From Amphiscolops sp. MND2022 (Eukaryota), in the NCBI GenBank assembly GCA_964187785.1, contig OZ076409.1, positions 42,286,001 to 42,350,000 of the forward strand: a stretch of DNA of 64,000 bases. The letters run 5' to 3'. Shown here one piece after another: positions 59,911-64,000 of the stretch (positions are counted from its first letter, which is position 1; each line of letters opens with the position of its first letter). The notes under the pieces are model-generated. The model saw only the letters and a list, made by a program, of their open reading frames with translations, had not been told where the DNA came from and ran no database searches. Position numbers and translations under genes: made by a program.

Positions 59911-62900
59911 TGTCACAGCCACTTGAGCTGTGAGTATTGCAGCAGAATCAACCCAGTCTTCGAAGAATAAATTAGGAAATGGAAAAAGGAAAAATGAAAA
60001 CAGAAAACCAGAAAACAATCAGTTCAATCCATACAACCTGAAATAATGGCGCAAAATAATATAATAATTAGAAGAAATTATATATTAATATTTATGTAGT
60101 TATATATACTTACATACAGTGTACTAACCGGTATAAAGCTACTTGTGCAGTTAATAGTATTAATACGGTGCTATATAATTAATAGTAATACAATCACACC
60201 GCTCAGTAAGCGGCCTGAATGAATAATGGCGGAACTGCGGCCTGGCAGCCGGCCTGATATTTGCGCAGTGAAGCGGTGGCCTGGCGAGTGGCCTGAGAAT
60301 GAAAGTGCTACGAATCAATCTCTAACACTAATTATGCTATTTTGTGAATACATGTAAACCTGTTGATGCGTTAAACGAGTATTAGAACAACGTTATACAT
60401 GTAATTGTCCATATAAACAAGTATTGGAGCTAACTTTGAAATACCGATATACTGCGGCCCAGGACATGGCCTGAAATGTAAATCTATAAAATCCATTGTT
60501 GAAATGGAAATTGTTAATGTTAATAGTGATCTTTTCTGCTCCTAATGATCCTACCAATCAATGCCTGCAATCTCAAAAGATGCCTGAAGATAAAGAATGA
60601 AGTATGATGCTATTTTTACAGATAAACCATGTTCAAGTGCTAAATGAAGTAGACCGCGGCCTGAGACACGGCCTGAAATCTATTCTGACCAAATCCATCC
60701 TGGAATTGAAAATATCGATCCCCCTAACCATTTCTCCGCTCTCGCGAGGGAGCAGTGACGTAACACATACAACAGTAAGCGATAATGATTGATTGCATGC
60801 AATGTATGATGATTTTAACCATGTAAATGCAGTATTTAATTTGAGAACGCCAAGCCGCGGCCCAGACCTTGGCCTGGGATTAAATGTTCGATTTAATTTG
60901 TTTATTCTCCATAAATGATTTGTGTTGCCTTGTTTAGAGTCAATTTCCACTCAACTAGATTGGGAAGAGACTCGAACCGTATTTTCGAGTTGATTCTAAT
61001 CACTGAATTGTTTGTTGTTGATATAATTAATCATTATTTTTCGGGAAATGATTTTATTTTGCCTCAACCGTTCCAGACCTCAGCCTGGGACCGAGCTTTC
61101 CCATTTATACTCGAATTTGTGATTTTTAAGCTCTCATGAGTGAACTTTATGAGCTAATTTATATTTCTTATTAAATAATCATCTCGCTGTGCAATATTTG
61201 AACCAAATTAATTCGGGAAATTCTCATTTTCCCAATTTCCAATTTGTTGTTTTGTTCGATCATTTTGCTCTTTGGGCGTCCGCAGTGACTAATTTTTTTC
61301 ACACTTTGTTCAGTTTCGGCGTCTTGAAAAGGCGGGAGTTGGAGGTGAAGGGAAGCGGAGTCGCAACTCAGACAGGAAGTGGACGCGTGCTTTCCTCGGA
61401 AAGCATGAAAAAACTGAGAGTCTGAGTTCGACAAAGCGGAACTGAACTTCCTGTTTCTCCGCCTTGGAGGGACGCCGGGCTGAATGAAGCGTGAAAGTGG
61501 TGCGGATTTTTCCCCGCTTCACGTGGGTGAAAAGTATATATATGCTTGGGAAATTTAAACAATTTCAGATGATAATTTTGATAGTCTCTGAAAATTCAAT
61601 AACCGTTCTTTGTAAAGCAACTTTGTTTTCTCTTGTTACAAAACCCAATTGAAGATTAAAAATCTCAATCTTTCTTTATTTCTTGTCGGAAAGACCGAAC
61701 CTGTAAACTTGAAACCCAAAATGCCTGAAAGATCCTCTAAAAGGAAAGCCAGAAGGGATTCTGTATCCAGTTCATTAGGTGAACCTGAGGCAGCTAGCCA
61801 AAGGACTGAAAATGCACCCAGCATCTCAGATCGTGATTTCTCTGAAATCTCTGAAAAGATCGAAAAATCAGTTGGTAGAAGGATAAAGGACGCTGAGACT
61901 GGGCAAAGAGAAATTCTCAAGATGATCGAGAATCTATCCTCAAAAATAGATTCATTGGCAGGCCATCCGCCTAGGTCCGAAAATCCCGTAGTAGATTTCT
62001 GTGAATCTGAAAATCAAGCCTCAACATCAAGGCCAACCTTGATGAACGAGTTGCACCCATCTCAGGGTCAACACATGGTGACAGGAGTGTTCCCCCAAAC
62101 AGAAGTGCCGCGCCGATCATCAAGCCTACCGCCCCCCAACCAGAAATACCCGGACCACATAGTGGAAAAGCTACTAGAATCGCTAAAGAACGTAACCCAA
62201 CAAAATATCGGGCTCCCTAGACTGCCAAAAGCGATGTCAACAACAATGCCTACTTTCAAAGGTAAAAATGACACGTTTGAACACTTCGAAGACCTTTTTA
62301 TGACTAGCCTCAAAGTGTATCCCAACATATCCGAAGAAGAGAAAATACACTATTTTCATTCCTTACTCAGGGATGACGCCCTGCAGACATACCGCAATAT
62401 GACCGACACAAACCGTGCCAGCCTGGAGGACATCATAACAACCTTCAGACGACGATATGTCCGCCCCCAATCTATCGCAACAGCCCGCTGCAAATGGAAT
62501 CAGCTCTATTTTGACCCATCCCAACAAACTTTTCAAGATTTCTTGGAGCAGTATCAAAAACTGGCCCAAGAAGCATACGGAGATGACGCCCCCAAGTTCA
62601 TTGAGACCTCCTTCTACGCCAAAATGCCAACCCACCTAAAACGAGTGCTAAACCAGGCAAGGTTAGAAACTGAATCGTACGAAATGATGGTCGAACACCT
62701 AGAAAGAGAAATGGAGCTAAACGGACTGTTGGCACCAAACGAGAGCAACATAACAGGAGTGCACCAAATTGACGTGCAAGACCCACAACAAGCTCCGAAC
62801 CCCCCAAACCGTCAGGACCATGCTACGGATGTGGGCAATCCGGCCATGTTGTCAAAAATTGCAGAAAAGTAGCCCGCGAAGCTCGCAATCGGGGTAACAG

Positions 62901-64000
62901 AGTGCCCAACAAAATAGTTGACCCATGCGAAACCTGTGGCAAGAAAAGCTACACAACCGAAGAATGCTACTCAGGCGCCAACTGGGCAAATCGACCACAA
63001 TGGTGGAAAACCCCCAAGGCTACGTCCTCAAACAGCATACCGCTACCACCACAGTCACAAGGTCAGTATGCCAAAACCAATTTACCAGTGACCCAACCGC
63101 CATATCAAAATCAAGCAACCAGCCAATTGGGCTACCTACCTCCTCTTTCAATGACAACCCAACCCCAAACCCAAACTCAGTACCACAACCAGACAACTGG
63201 CCACATGGGATTCATACCTCCCGCGCAAGTGACTACCCAACCTCAAACTCAACCTCAAAACCAAACCCAGTCAAAAAACTAGCTTTGCCACATCTTCAGT
63301 TTAGGGAGATTGTCGAAACCCGACATTTCACAACATCAGAACCCCCAAATACCTACGACCACGAAGAAAATGACGAGCGACATGAAGAACCATCTCTCGA
63401 CTGGCAGCGAAGATGGCAGATTCACAAGCTCAACAAACAAAATAGACAAAACATGACTAAAAAGAACTACCCCCAATGGTACCTTGACAACCCAACCGAC
63501 TACAGTACCCCAAAACGACCACTACCCGAAAGTACTGCCCCTGAAACCTACATACATGACCCTGACTACAACTGTGACCCCTACCACAATCCCAAAATCT
63601 ACGACCAAACGACTCTAACCTTTAAACAACGAGAGTGTACGCCATTTGAGGAATTTATCAGGAAACTGGGATGAATATCTCGACAGAACCACGTCACAGA
63701 CCGAAGACCGTCCAACCAGTCCCAGAATATGACCAGGACGCGGAACAAGTGACAGAAATAATAGTCGACGAGTCGACTAACAAACCCAAATCCATACTCA
63801 AAGATCACGGATCACAAACAACGGCTCCACAATCGCCACCAAAAAACCAACCAGTTAACCCAATCAGAGCCGGAAGAATACGATCCCCAACAATGGACGT
63901 GGCACCCGACTGCCACCAAAATGAAAATCTCACCGGCAGGACCACGACTGAAGCCGTGGACCTGACCCAAACCACAACAAACACGGAGATAACAATCTCC
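59911..64000 (+). mobile_element. Element C: 5' part of a third relative (LTR ~59911-62075, PBS 62076, gag, start of pol); runs off the window
   Basis: TGTCAC start; TATA-like tract at ~61535; PBS TGGTGACAGGAGT; slippery AAAAAAC at 63273-63279; Pol start with DWQRRW and YSTPKRPLPES homologous to A. Confidence 0.9.
61721..63282 (+). pseudogene. gag: Element C gag (starts in LTR; frameshifted near 62800-62840)
   Basis: MPERSSKRK...HMVTGV across the LTR/PBS junction; LPKAMSTTMPTFKGK; HLEREMELNGL; first zinc knuckle broken by indels. Confidence 0.88.

Overview
Repeat-dense eukaryotic DNA, animal-like (spliceosomal introns, Gypsy and BEL LTR retrotransposons, TIR elements with 2-bp target duplications). 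No clear host gene is visible. The centrepiece is a very young, apparently intact 16.25-kb Gypsy-type LTR retrotransposon (element A, 23740-39989, TSD CTACT, ~2.25-kb near-identical LTRs) with an unusual architecture. (i) Gag starts inside the LTR and reads through the PBS. (ii) gag-pol are joined by a -1 slippery site plus a candidate pseudoknot. (iii) Between pol and the 3' LTR lies an antisense gene of six coding exons and five phase-compatible GT-AG introns, encoding a ~1070-aa protein with a BED-like zinc finger that looks like a catalytically dead hAT-transposase derivative. (iv) A divergent sense ORF3 with SIM-like, NLS-like and GRG motifs runs through the PPT into the 3' LTR. An older, divergent relative (element B, 41870-59575, minus strand, TSD GTATT) has the same layout and a homologous antisense gene sharing at least one intron position. 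A third relative (element C) starts at 59911, and two solo LTRs of the same clade also carry the Gag N-terminus. Also present: a decayed BEL/Pao pol, a decayed 5.6-kb Gypsy element, MITEs, two long palindromes, a 494-bp tandem duplication and a 200-N gap. All calls were read by eye; no database searches were run.
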